Source: Candidatus Woesebacteria bacterium RIFCSPHIGHO2_01_FULL_39_32 (GTDB lineage Bacteria > Patescibacteriota > Microgenomatia > UBA8517). From it: a DNA stretch of 64,000 bases. How positions within the stretch are numbered: position 1 is the stretch's first letter; the number at the start of each line of letters is the position of its first letter. Below are positions 42,705 to 52,425 of the stretch, piece by piece. The notes beneath the pieces were generated by a model. It saw nothing but the letters and a program-made list of their open reading frames with translations. It searched no databases and was not told the DNA's origin. The DNA lies in contig MGGJ01000013.1 in assembly GCA_001792345.1 (NCBI GenBank), forward strand, positions 21,371-85,370. The letters are read 5' to 3'. The translations under genes were made by a program, and so were the position numbers.

Positions 42705-42978
42705 TAAATGAGGAGAAAGTAGTCTTTCCAAGGCTGGTAACTATATCATTCTGCATCATCTCTGAGTGCATTTCTCTTCCAGTATCCGCTTCGGTCTTTC
42801 TTTGGAGATCATTGATGTACCGCTGTGTGAAAAAAACCTATAATATTTGTGAAAACATTTCTAGAATACTCATCCTATAATATTAACTATGAGTTACCCA
42901 CTACCCTCTCTCCCCCTTTCTACCTGTCCAGTATTTTTTCTTTGCCTGGCTTTCTTTTTTAAAAAAAGTTAGAAAAGG

Positions 42979-43749
42979 TTATCCTCCCCAACGTGTAACT
43001 AAAAACATACCGATAAAAACAGCTGCCCCAATCACAAGGTATTCCCTAACTGTTTGTGAAAAAAGCCGCTCTTCTAAATAAGCCTGGCCTAAACCTAAAA
43101 GCACATAGGTAGATACTGTTAAAAAAAGCGATCCTACTACAATTGACGCAGGCCAGAAAAAAAGCGCAAATGCAATCTCTCCAATCACTAGACTCGTAAT
43201 GACTGACATAGACATCATTTTTTTTGAAAATTGTGTGTCTAAACTTATTGTCCAAAAACCTTGGAAAAATAGAGGAAAAGAACAGAAAGTAATAAGTGGA
43301 ACCAAAAAATACAAAGGCCATTTTAAAGATAATATTGTATCGAATATAAGGAAAAAAGTAAGTAGTGTGAGTACAAAGCCAACTCCCCTTGCGGCCCTCA
43401 TAAGAGCTATCGTTCGAACAGCTGCGACCGTGTAAATATTTACCGTAAGACATAAAGCATAGACCCCAAAACCATAAAGAGCTACAACGGGTATCCGGGC
43501 AAAAATACTTGACGGCAAAAGAAACCAAAAAAGTCCGACTGCAACAGTAAAGAGTATTGGTAAAATTAGTGCCAGTAACGTCATGTTATAAGAAAGCCCT
43601 TCACGAAGAGACCAAGAAAATAAGATAAGTGTAAGTACGCCTAAACTTCCTATGCTCAGAAATCGGTATTGTTGAGGAAAAACCTGGACGGCTATAAATC
43701 CGAGAGATAATAATATTGAAGTAAGTATAAAGCGTCTTCGTTTACTCAT
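42979..43749 (-). CDS. Conserved polytopic membrane protein
   Basis: About 9 hydrophobic segments; coupled to yebC. Confidence 0.75.
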   Translation of the reverse strand: MSKRRRFILTSILLSLGFIAVQVFPQQYRFLSIGSLGVLTLILFSWSLREGLSYNMTLLALILPILFTVAVGLFWFLLPSSIFARIPVVALYGFGVYALCLTVNIYTVAAVRTIALMRAARGVGFVLTLLTFFLIFDTILSLKWPLYFLVPLITFCSFPLFFQGFWTISLDTQFSKKMMSMSVITSLVIGEIAFALFFWPASIVVGSLFLTVSTYVLLGLGQAYLEERLFSQTVREYLVIGAAVFIGMFLVTRWGG

Positions 43750-44493
43750 TTAGGTAATTTTCTGAAGTATTTCATCAGGAATGTTTATATTAGCATAAAC
43801 TTTTAGAACGTCGCTTTGATTTTCCAGATTGTCTAGAAATGCCAACACTTTTTTAGCAAGAGTTTCTTCATCCACTACCTGGAAATTTTTGGGTTTCTTG
43901 ATTATTTCAAAGGATGATATAGTTATACCAGCTTCTTGAAGTTTATCGCGAGTGGCACCCAATTTATCAACTTGTACGTAAGCTTCTATGTCGCCGTCTG
44001 TTTCTTCGATATCCTCCACTCCGGCGTCGATTAGTGCTAGCATTTGCTCTTCAGGATTATCTTCTTTTTTTACAACAACAAGGCCTTTTGGTTCGAAGTT
44101 AAAGACAACGCTTCCAGGACCCGCTAAACTCCCCCCTCCCCTTTCGAAAAGATTTTTTATTTCTTGACCAGTTCTATTTCTGTTATCAGTCGCAGTTTCA
44201 ATAATAACTGCAATTCCGTTTGGTCCAAAACCTTCGTAAGTAACCTCTTCTAGGTTCGAGCCTTCGCCAACGCCTTTACTGATCGCCCTCTCAATATTAT
44301 CTTTCGGCATGTTATAACTTCTTGCCGTATCAATTGCATCACGAAGTTTTGCATTAGCATTAGGATCAGGACTTCCTCCAGTTTTAACGGAAATCTGAAT
44401 TGCGCGGGCCATTTTGGAAAAAATTTTTCCCTTGGCGGCATCTTTTAAACCTTTTTGCCTCTTTATTGTAGCGTAGTGCGAATGTCCCGACAT
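43750..44493 (-). CDS. yebC: YebC/PmpR family protein
   Basis: Motifs MSGHS, NMPKDNIERAI, YEGFGP and TDNRNRT. Confidence 0.95.
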   Translation of the reverse strand: MSGHSHYATIKRQKGLKDAAKGKIFSKMARAIQISVKTGGSPDPNANAKLRDAIDTARSYNMPKDNIERAISKGVGEGSNLEEVTYEGFGPNGIAVIIETATDNRNRTGQEIKNLFERGGGSLAGPGSVVFNFEPKGLVVVKKEDNPEEQMLALIDAGVEDIEETDGDIEAYVQVDKLGATRDKLQEAGITISSFEIIKKPKNFQVVDEETLAKKVLAFLDNLENQSDVLKVYANINIPDEILQKIT

Positions 44494-44555
44494 GTTGAAT
44501 CGATAATATTATACTACACACCCCTTGACAACCTAAATTACGATTCTATACTCAA

Positions 44556-45266
44556 ATGAGTTCAATCTTTAAAGGTATGAATACGGATCTTGCCCAAGAA
44601 GCAATTTCTCTTGCTCTTTCCGGCAACTGGCAAGGGGCATTAAAAATTAACGAGGAAATACTAAAAGAAAACCCTAGTGACGTGGATGCCTTGAACCGCT
44701 TAGCTCGTGCCTACTCCGAAACTGGCAACTTCAGAAAAGCCAAAGAAACAGCCCAAAAGGTTCTGAAAATCGATCCCTTTAACACAATTGCAACGAAATC
44801 TATTGAAAAATGGAAAGGGTTGAAAAAGGGTGAAACATATTCGCAAAAGCCTTCCAATCCTCATTACTTTTTGGAAGAGCCCGGAAAAACAAAAATATTA
44901 ACACTGATTCACGCTGGAAGTCCGAAAGTCTTGGCAAAGCTTGATTCCGGAGATGAAATTCATTTAAATACCCATTCCCACAGGGTGTGTGTACAAACTG
45001 TTAACGGAAAGTATATCGGAAGACTCCCCGATGATTTGTCAGCTCGATTACGAAAGCTGATACAACTAGGTAACACTTATCAGGTAATTGTTAAATCTGT
45101 TAACACTCATGAGGCAAAAATTTTTATACGCGAAACTTATCGCGCGCCATCCCTAAAGGACGTACCTTCATTTTCGGCTGAAAGGATAGATTACGTTTCT
45201 TTTACACCACCCGAGCTGGTTCACAATAAATCCGAGATTCATGTAGAGGTTGAGGAGGAAGAGTAA
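44556..45266 (+). CDS. TPR-repeat protein
   Basis: N-terminal TPRs (ALNRLARAY...A.KVLKIDP) and FLEEPGKTK; C-terminal IGRLP resembles HIRAN. Confidence 0.75.
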   Translation: MSSIFKGMNTDLAQEAISLALSGNWQGALKINEEILKENPSDVDALNRLARAYSETGNFRKAKETAQKVLKIDPFNTIATKSIEKWKGLKKGETYSQKPSNPHYFLEEPGKTKILTLIHAGSPKVLAKLDSGDEIHLNTHSHRVCVQTVNGKYIGRLPDDLSARLRKLIQLGNTYQVIVKSVNTHEAKIFIRETYRAPSLKDVPSFSAERIDYVSFTPPELVHNKSEIHVEVEEEE

Positions 45267-45267
45267 T

Positions 45268-46206
45268 TTAGTACTCAGTTATAAATGACCTGCCGATACT
45301 AACTTCGATATCAAAGTTACCTTCCGGATTTTCTTCAACCTTAATGCAAGGTAATATTGCGGTTAACTTATCAGAAACATTATTTCTTCCTCTAACCTCG
45401 CAGCCTAGATCGTTAACGTTTTCAGGCCCATCAACCTTCTCAATTGAAGTTATTTTTCCTCCCATAACTTCCAGGATAGAACCCATGTCCGTTGCTAGCC
45501 CGTAAACTCCAGTTCCATCTTTTATGCCGACCCTAAAAGCATTTTCCTCAAAGTTTGGATCCACGAAGTAAACCGCCAACTCTTGAGGCAGTGCCCCACT
45601 TACAATATAGCCTTCTTCCCCATCAGAAAGGGTCAGTTTTTTAATATATCCAGTATTTTCCAAAGGTATTTCGAATCTTTTCGGATTTTTAACAGAAAGA
45701 GAGAAAAATCCAATACTTATCTTGTCCCCCACTCCTAGATTTGTACTATAAGGTAGAAAAGTTGCCTTTAACGTGTCAAACATTCTACCTTTGGAAAACC
45801 CACTTGCGGGATAATCTGCCCAAATAAAAACGGGAAATTTAAAATGTTTTGCCAAAGTTCGTGTGAGTAATAATTCTCCTAAGTCTTGTCTTTTACCCAA
45901 TTCCCAAACACTACCTAACTTCCAAACACCCAAGCCTTTTGCAACCTCGACTTCAGTATTACCGGGAATTGAAATTTGAACAATCTCTTCTACAACAGGA
46001 TCAAATATAATAACATCGACTCCACCCTCTGGATTTCGTACTGCAACTGAGATTTTATCTTTGCCGTTCCAGTACTTACGAGTTATATTTACGTACAATA
46101 ATAAAAAAAGGGGTATTAAGATTAAAAGAATATAGCTTATCGCCTTTAAGGGGAAGCTTTTTTTCTCACGATTCCTATTTTTGATTTTTCTTCTTCGGGC
46201 AGGCAT
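45268..46206 (-). CDS. LytR/CpsA/Psr-like envelope protein
   Basis: Basic N-terminus, TM helix, SIPGNT and a LytR_C-like tail (DGTGVYGLA...DIEVSIG). Confidence 0.65.
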   Translation of the reverse strand: MPARRRKIKNRNREKKSFPLKAISYILLILIPLFLLLYVNITRKYWNGKDKISVAVRNPEGGVDVIIFDPVVEEIVQISIPGNTEVEVAKGLGVWKLGSVWELGKRQDLGELLLTRTLAKHFKFPVFIWADYPASGFSKGRMFDTLKATFLPYSTNLGVGDKISIGFFSLSVKNPKRFEIPLENTGYIKKLTLSDGEEGYIVSGALPQELAVYFVDPNFEENAFRVGIKDGTGVYGLATDMGSILEVMGGKITSIEKVDGPENVNDLGCEVRGRNNVSDKLTAILPCIKVEENPEGNFDIEVSIGRSFITEY

Positions 46207-46286
46207 GTTAGGTAAATCCAAAACCCCAATTTCAAAATCTAAATAAAATTAATTTGATATTTGTCATTTGGATTTGGGATTTTAAT

Positions 46287-47960
46287 TTATGTGAATATCA
46301 ATCTATTAAAATGACTTTGGCCGGCTTTTTTCAAGCGTTCGCTTCTGGTACCGTAAATACGTAATAGGTTTCTGATGTGGTCTCCGGCCACAACTTCAGG
46401 CACGACGACATAATCTGCTCCCTTCTCATAAAGCTTGAGAGCATGAGTTCGTGAGCTACTGGTGAATATAGTCAGTGGTTTTTCCTCAGCTTCAACCACA
46501 TACTCGAGTAATGTGAGGTTGTCCTGCAAGTTACCTACCGTCGAAATTATAAGTCTGGCGCTAACTATTCCCGCTGCTTCCAAAATTTCAGGATCGGAGA
46601 TATCACCAAATATTACGTTAATATTTTCTGCTGTCAGCTCGTTATACACGCTTGGATTAAAATCTACCACCAAAAAGTCATACTTTTTAGCTTTAAAATA
46701 CCTTATCAACGTCCTGCCGGTTCTATGACACCCTGCTATTACGACGTGGTTTTTAAGCGACGTGGGTATATTATCTATATGCTCCGTCGTCTTTCTTCGT
46801 TCAAATATTGAGAGACTTCGTTGTAGTCTTTTGTATAGTTTATCTCCTCCGAGAATAATATAGGTGGAAACAGTCATTGTAATTGCAGTGACCAAAACAA
46901 CCGTGGCTACATCTGATTGACGGACATGGCCTAGTTGGAGGCCAACTGTCAATAAAATAAGGGAAAACTCCGACGTCTGAGAAACAGTAAGGGCTGATAA
47001 AAAAGAGGTTCTTTTTTTGTACCCCATAATCCCCAGAACAACCAATACACTTATAGGATTTATAAGAAGCACAACTGCTGAAAATAATATGGCCGGAAGC
47101 AGGATGCTCTGAATAGGCACACCCAAAACTAGCTGGGTTCCCAGAAAGACAAAAAAGAGTATCAGAAAAAAGTCGTGTAAGCTGCGGCTGCGTGAAGCAA
47201 TCTGCAGGTGCTCAGGAAGCGTTGATAAAGACAAACCCGCCAGAAATCCACCGATTTCTAAACTAAAACCAACTGGGCCGGCCACAAAGCTTGCAACCCC
47301 CAGAGCCCAGGCAACGCTTACAATAAATAATAATTCGGGGGAACCTGCGACAAATCGTTCGAAAAACGGCGGAATTGCTTTTCTGGCAAATATATAAAGG
47401 CTTATCAATAAAATCGCCAATTTAACGGCAACGAAGAAGTAATCAGACAGGGAACTTCCACCTCCACCCACTCCCGCCAAAAAAATCAAAATTAGTATTG
47501 CTACGATGTCCTGAAAAAGAAGCGAGCCAACCGATATCTTGCCGTATAAAGAAGATAAATCCTTTTTATCAGAAAGCAGCTTGACCATGATAATCGTAGA
47601 GGAAAAGGTCAAAGCCGTTGCAATATAGAGTGCCGGAACTAAAGAGAAGCCCAAAATTAGTGCCAATCCCAAACCGACTACTGCTGTGAGTGCCATTTCA
47701 AAAAAACCCGCAATACTTGCGTGTTTACCTATTGTCGCGACTTCCTTGATGTTCATTTCGAGGCCCAACAAAAAAAGTAATAAGGCAACTCCAATTTTTC
47801 CAAGATTTTCGAGAGCAAAATGGTCTGTGATCAAACCACTAACGGAAAGGGCTACACCTGCAAATAAGTAACCTACAAGAAGCGGCTGTCGTAATAGTTT
47901 AGCAGCAAATGCAAAAACTGCAGCCACGACTAAAAGAATAGATAACTGTGAAAAATCCAT
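46287..47960 (-). CDS. CPA2 cation:proton antiporter with TrkA-N domain (KefB/C-like)
   Basis: Motifs LLFLLGLE, FSST, QD and SEFS; RCK domain VVIAGCHRTG...FGD. Confidence 0.9.
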   Translation of the reverse strand: MDFSQLSILLVVAAVFAFAAKLLRQPLLVGYLFAGVALSVSGLITDHFALENLGKIGVALLLFLLGLEMNIKEVATIGKHASIAGFFEMALTAVVGLGLALILGFSLVPALYIATALTFSSTIIMVKLLSDKKDLSSLYGKISVGSLLFQDIVAILILIFLAGVGGGGSSLSDYFFVAVKLAILLISLYIFARKAIPPFFERFVAGSPELLFIVSVAWALGVASFVAGPVGFSLEIGGFLAGLSLSTLPEHLQIASRSRSLHDFFLILFFVFLGTQLVLGVPIQSILLPAILFSAVVLLINPISVLVVLGIMGYKKRTSFLSALTVSQTSEFSLILLTVGLQLGHVRQSDVATVVLVTAITMTVSTYIILGGDKLYKRLQRSLSIFERRKTTEHIDNIPTSLKNHVVIAGCHRTGRTLIRYFKAKKYDFLVVDFNPSVYNELTAENINVIFGDISDPEILEAAGIVSARLIISTVGNLQDNLTLLEYVVEAEEKPLTIFTSSSRTHALKLYEKGADYVVVPEVVAGDHIRNLLRIYGTRSERLKKAGQSHFNRLIFT

Positions 47961-47970
47961 CAGCTTAAGC

Positions 47971-48708
47971 TTAAGGGGTTTGAGAGATCTTTTCAAGAGA
48001 AGCTAAAGCATTTTTCAGATCTTTCGGAAGATCCGATTGAATATTTAGCGCTTTTTTAGTTTCAGGATGCGTAAAGGAAATCTTACTCGCATGTAAAAAA
48101 AGTCTAACGCAGAATATTTTATCGCGCCTTGCCGTTTTTCTTCCTGCGTAAAAATTGTCAGAGACGATCGAATGGCCTAGATATTTCATATGAATTCTTA
48201 TTTGGTGGGTTCGACCGGTTTTAGGATGAAGCTCTAAAAAAGTGAATAATACTTGATGATTAGTGATTAGTGAATAATACTTAATTACCTTGTATATTGT
48301 AACAGCGTCACGGCCACCCGGAAGCACACCAAAGCGTTCTCTATTCCAAGGTAAACGACCAACGGGTGCATCAATTTCTCCCTCTCCGCCAGCCGGCGGG
48401 TCTACTTTCCCATGAACCAAAGCAATATATTCTTTCTTCACATTCCTACTCTTAAATTGAACCTGCAAATTTTCAAAAGCAGGGTGTGTTTTTGCTACCA
48501 ACAAAATTCCGCTTGTTTCTTTATCAAGCCTGTGGACAATCCCACTTCTTAATTCCCTATTCGCGACAATCGGATAATTAAAATTTTTCTTAAGCCAAGA
48601 TTGAATTACGGGACTGCCTTTGGTTGTTTCAGCCTCGTTAACTATCCAGCCTGCAGGTTTATCAAGAACCAACAAGTACTCATCTTCATATATTACTTTA
48701 GGTTCCAT
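47971..48708 (-). CDS. RluA-family pseudouridine synthase
   Basis: Motifs DKPAG, HRLDKETSG, TGRTHQIR and LFLHA. Confidence 0.95.
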   Translation of the reverse strand: MEPKVIYEDEYLLVLDKPAGWIVNEAETTKGSPVIQSWLKKNFNYPIVANRELRSGIVHRLDKETSGILLVAKTHPAFENLQVQFKSRNVKKEYIALVHGKVDPPAGGEGEIDAPVGRLPWNRERFGVLPGGRDAVTIYKVIKYYSLITNHQVLFTFLELHPKTGRTHQIRIHMKYLGHSIVSDNFYAGRKTARRDKIFCVRLFLHASKISFTHPETKKALNIQSDLPKDLKNALASLEKISQTP

Positions 48709-48788
48709 AAGTTTAATTTTACCACTAAAAAACCACCTCTCGGCGGTTATTTTTACTAACTACTCACTACCAACTACCCATAACTAAA

Positions 48789-49211
48789 TTATTTCTCCCT
48801 TTTCGCCTGATCTTTGGCACAAAGAGTTGCTTCGGGATAAATCATTAACCTATCCGTATCAATCATCTGTCCACAATCTTCACATATCCCGTATTTTCCG
48901 ATTTTTATACGAGTCAAAGCCTTTCTTGTCTGAATAATTCTTCTATCGAGTTGCTCTTTTAAGGCAGACGCCCTAGCGTGTCCAAATTGTTCGGCAGCAT
49001 CAGCGTCAGGAGACGCGTTATCAATCAGTCGCGAAGTATCCTTGAAAGGATCATCCTCATCAATTTCGTTTCGTCTTTTTTCAAGTAGGTGTAATTTGTC
49101 TTGTAAAAACCCCGCGACAGGAGATAAAAGTTTACTTGGAAAGTTAATTACGTTTTTAACGGTGCTACTTTTCCTTTTTGATATTTTTGTGTTTTTTTTC
49201 GATTTTTTCAT
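48789..49211 (-). CDS. DksA/TraR-family zinc-finger protein
   Basis: GKYGICEDCG..I...RL..YP.ATLC. Confidence 0.85.
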   Translation of the reverse strand: MKKSKKNTKISKRKSSTVKNVINFPSKLLSPVAGFLQDKLHLLEKRRNEIDEDDPFKDTSRLIDNASPDADAAEQFGHARASALKEQLDRRIIQTRKALTRIKIGKYGICEDCGQMIDTDRLMIYPEATLCAKDQAKREK

Positions 49212-49816
49212 GGTGATTTTCTTGCAAGATTAAAAAGCAACAAAAAACAAACGAATGCAGCCACCCCTGAAATCAAAGTCTCGTAAGATCCCACAAAGGA
49301 TAGCACAGAGAGAAACTTTAGTGCAACAAGTGATCGAATCAGAAAAAATCCTCCTGCAATCACTAAACCCGAAAACCCAACTTTCCCCGAAGCATACCAA
49401 GTAAAATGCTTGTAATGTTTATTTAGTAGGAAGTATAAGAAAATACCCAGAATAAGAACTACTGAACCAATACCGGAGAAAACTGTTTTATTAATTGTAA
49501 AATCATGCAAGAATGCAAAAAGGATAAGTATTAAGCCCCCCAATATACCTCCTTCAACTGTTTCGAAAATTCGTAATTTGAATCTGAAGATTCCAACTAA
49601 TATTCCCAGGCTTCCACCGACCAACCCTAAGTAAAACCACCAAGGGGCGGCAAAGAAGTTTGCAATAATATTTCCAGCTCCTACACCAAAAAGTGTATAG
49701 AAAGCCGTAGTAAAAACCTGATTACGCGTGTAGTCTTCCTTAAGTTTTTGCCAGAAAAAGAAAAGAAATAACAATACAGCTGCAAAAGTAAAACTGATAT
49801 TTAAAATTAGTGGCAT
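49208..49816 (-). CDS. Membrane protein (Lgt-like topology)
   Basis: About 7 TM helices, in an operon with dksA-like and rluA genes. Confidence 0.55.
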   Translation of the reverse strand: MPLILNISFTFAAVLLFLFFFWQKLKEDYTRNQVFTTAFYTLFGVGAGNIIANFFAAPWWFYLGLVGGSLGILVGIFRFKLRIFETVEGGILGGLILILFAFLHDFTINKTVFSGIGSVVLILGIFLYFLLNKHYKHFTWYASGKVGFSGLVIAGGFFLIRSLVALKFLSVLSFVGSYETLISGVAAFVCFLLLFNLARKSP

Positions 49817-49867
49817 TGGCTTATGGGCTTGACTTGATTTTTAACAAACTATATCATATCAGATACC

Positions 49868-50332
49868 GTGCTTGAGACGCCACATGTCGTCGTAGCGGCA
49901 GCGATAGCGGTAAAGATTGCTAATCCTGCCTTGGCAATCCCCATAGCTTTGGGCAGTCATTTTGTACTGGAAAAAGTCCCTCATTGGAACCCCCATTTAA
50001 ACACCGAGTTTAAAAAATACGGAAAAGTCACAGAGAGAAGTACAAAGATTGTTGTTGTTGACGCTATTGCCTCACTAATATTGGGAAGTTCAATCGCATA
50101 TATGATGCTTCCAGACGTAAATCATGCTGTTTTCGTTCTGGTCGCCTGCCTATTTGGTGTTTTACCCGATTTAATTGAAGCTCCATATTTCTTTCTACGA
50201 AAGAAAAGCCAGTTTTTAGAAAAAGTTTGGATACCACTCCAAAAGTCCTTACAAGTAGATACTTCTCCACTCCCAGGCCTTACAACTCAATTTATAACCA
50301 TACTTGCAGCATTCTGGTGGATATTGGGTTAA
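49868..50332 (+). CDS. Membrane protein, metal-dependent-hydrolase-like
   Basis: Motifs ETPH, SHFVLE.VPHW and LPD. Confidence 0.6.
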   Translation: MLETPHVVVAAAIAVKIANPALAIPIALGSHFVLEKVPHWNPHLNTEFKKYGKVTERSTKIVVVDAIASLILGSSIAYMMLPDVNHAVFVLVACLFGVLPDLIEAPYFFLRKKSQFLEKVWIPLQKSLQVDTSPLPGLTTQFITILAAFWWILG

Positions 50333-50917
50333 TTATTTTGCTCTCTCAACGTACTCTCCGGTCCTTGTATCAACAACGATTTTATCCCCTTTGTTTATAA
50401 AAAGTGGAACTTTGACCGAAAGAGCGTTTTCCAGAGTGGCCGGTTTATACATATTTGTGGCAGAGTTTCCTTTTATGCCAGGAGACGTATCGGCTATTAA
50501 TAAGGTAGCTTTTGGAGGAATTTCTATAGATAGAGGTCTATCTTCTTTACCTTGAGCTCCGCCGAAGGACCAAAAAAGTACGTTAGCATCGTTTCCTTCT
50601 TTAATGTAGGGTAATTCATCTTTAATAATTGTAAGTGGGATTTCCACTTGCTCGTAAGTTTTGGGGTCCATAAATACGGCATTTTGCTGCATCTTATAAA
50701 GAAACTGCAGTTTCCTTTTTGATGTTAAAACATCGTCAACTTTGACGTTAGAGCTGAAAGTCTTATCCTCAATAGCCCCTGTGACTAAATCCTTTGCAGT
50801 AACGCGAACAGTAGCACCACCCCTGCCCATTTTTGTATGGGTATACTTAATCACTCGATAAGGCTTCCCATTTGAGAGAAATGTTGTTCCGTTTTTTAAA
50901 TCAGTTGCCTGTATCAT
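50333..50917 (-). CDS. efp: Elongation factor P
   Basis: Motifs KMGRGGA loop, PGIKGNS, KPATLE, VPLFI and VDTRTGEY. Confidence 0.95.
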   Translation of the reverse strand: MIQATDLKNGTTFLSNGKPYRVIKYTHTKMGRGGATVRVTAKDLVTGAIEDKTFSSNVKVDDVLTSKRKLQFLYKMQQNAVFMDPKTYEQVEIPLTIIKDELPYIKEGNDANVLFWSFGGAQGKEDRPLSIEIPPKATLLIADTSPGIKGNSATNMYKPATLENALSVKVPLFINKGDKIVVDTRTGEYVERAK

Positions 50918-50977
50918 TACTTATTCAAATTTTCTTTTGGAGCAAGCTCGCTTAGGCTCACTCTGAAATAGTTTTTG

Positions 50978-51994
50978 TTATTTAAGTGCATATCTTTCCG
51001 GGTATACCAATAAATTACTCATTGCTTCCGATAAAGGTAGTTTTGTTAAATGCTCGATCCAAAGATATTGGCCATTTGGGTTAATCTCAAAAAAAACATA
51101 TTTACCTTCAGGTGTAACGGCCATGTCAATTGCTCCAAACTGTAATTTAAAATGCTTGCATAAATTAAAACACTTCTTAATGATATCCTTTGGCAATTTA
51201 TATTCTTTATGTGGAATATCAAACGGATTCGCTTTTGTCCAATCAAGTTTTGCATTTTTATTCTCCTGTGAGTAAATAGCACAAGGAAATATCTGATTAC
51301 CGATAATTGTTATACGCAATTCCAATGATTTCTCAATTTTTTCCTGAACTAAAAAGGGATAATCAACTTCTCTTTTTTTGTAATATTCACGAAATTTATC
51401 AATACTAACTAAATAAGTTTGGAAAGTAATACTTTTTTTACCGTAAGTTACTTCAGGTTTACCAAGAACCTTAATAATCATTTGTCCGTCATGATCGGAG
51501 CAAAATTTTTCTATTTCATCATAACGTGTCGATACCAGTGTATCCGGTATTGAGAGTCCGATATTAAAAGCTTTATCTAACTGTAATATTTTATATTTTG
51601 CTTTATTCAAAGCATTATATGGACTAACAACAAAAATACCATTTTCTTCTGCTTTTATAAGAAGTGTATTACAAACCTGTCTAAATTCGTCAATTTTATA
51701 GCGTTCTGACAAAGCCTGTTGTACTTTCAGCTCATTATTAATCATATCGTAACCAAAATACGGTTTCCGAAACCATACTGACCTTATATCGGATAGGGAT
51801 ATTTCTAATTCTTTATCAAATATTGAATAATGACTTGTTTTATTAATTTTTGAAAATCTGATATCTGGAGATTTGATCAAGTTGTTCGTTTCCAGTTTAT
51901 AAAACGGTATACTCCATGCCCTTAGATACTTAACGACTTTATCTACATGGGGGTCAGGTTTACTGGAAACAATAAGTACAAATCCCTTCGCCAT
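50978..51994 (-). CDS. Graspetide (MvdC/MvdD-type) ATP-grasp macrocyclase
   Basis: Motifs DPH, SVWFRKP, K..QL..A...GL.IPDT, QEKIEK..ELRIT, DW, FGAIDM and FFEINPNGQYLW. Confidence 0.9.
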   Translation of the reverse strand: MAKGFVLIVSSKPDPHVDKVVKYLRAWSIPFYKLETNNLIKSPDIRFSKINKTSHYSIFDKELEISLSDIRSVWFRKPYFGYDMINNELKVQQALSERYKIDEFRQVCNTLLIKAEENGIFVVSPYNALNKAKYKILQLDKAFNIGLSIPDTLVSTRYDEIEKFCSDHDGQMIIKVLGKPEVTYGKKSITFQTYLVSIDKFREYYKKREVDYPFLVQEKIEKSLELRITIIGNQIFPCAIYSQENKNAKLDWTKANPFDIPHKEYKLPKDIIKKCFNLCKHFKLQFGAIDMAVTPEGKYVFFEINPNGQYLWIEHLTKLPLSEAMSNLLVYPERYALK

Positions 51995-52031
51995 ACTTAT
52001 ACTATAACATTTGAAAAATTACCAAAGAAGT

Positions 52032-52319
52032 TTAATCTGGATCTGTAGTCTGAATATCATAAGAGCCACCCTTTGGAGTATACAAACTTGTGAGATAGCG
52101 CGTAGCTCCTTCCATAGATTGAATATTAGTTAGAGTGGAAGGATCGGGTTTATCAGATCGGGACTCTTGAAAGACAATGGGCTCAGGAGGAGTAATAGTT
52201 TCAATAAAGGGGATAGATTCAGAAGATACAGAAGTTCCCACAGGAGAAGAGGGGTGGACTTCTTGTTCTAAATCAACTAGGATGGGTATTTGTCGTCTAT
52301 TATCTATTTCAGTACTCAT
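52032..52319 (-). CDS. Putative graspetide precursor peptide
   Basis: 95 aa directly upstream of the ligase. Leader-like motifs PILVDLE and PFIET; C-terminal core TRYLTSLYTPKGGSYDIQTTDPD has Thr/Ser/Lys donors and a terminal DxD. Confidence 0.75.
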   Translation of the reverse strand: MSTEIDNRRQIPILVDLEQEVHPSSPVGTSVSSESIPFIETITPPEPIVFQESRSDKPDPSTLTNIQSMEGATRYLTSLYTPKGGSYDIQTTDPD

Positions 52320-52425
52320 ATATAATTATCTATATTTAATAGCTATAACTTATTAGTTGACGAGTATTGTAATTTAATCCAAAACAATAATCAAGAATCT
52401 ATCAAATAAAGACTAAGAGTCTTAT

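Noticed and set aside
42694-42858. Minus-strand reading frame MFSQIL*VFFTQRYINDLQRK...FMFA
   Set aside because: Short, has an internal stop and no recognisable homology; cannot support a gene or pseudogene call.
42053-42978. CRISPR array
   Set aside because: No regularly spaced identical repeats and no cas genes in the window.
50921-50977. Possible stranded aminopeptidase 3' end after the graspetide insert (KLFQS versus KLVQR)
   Set aside because: Only about 11/15 nt match and a small palindrome interrupts it; too weak to call a third tail duplication.
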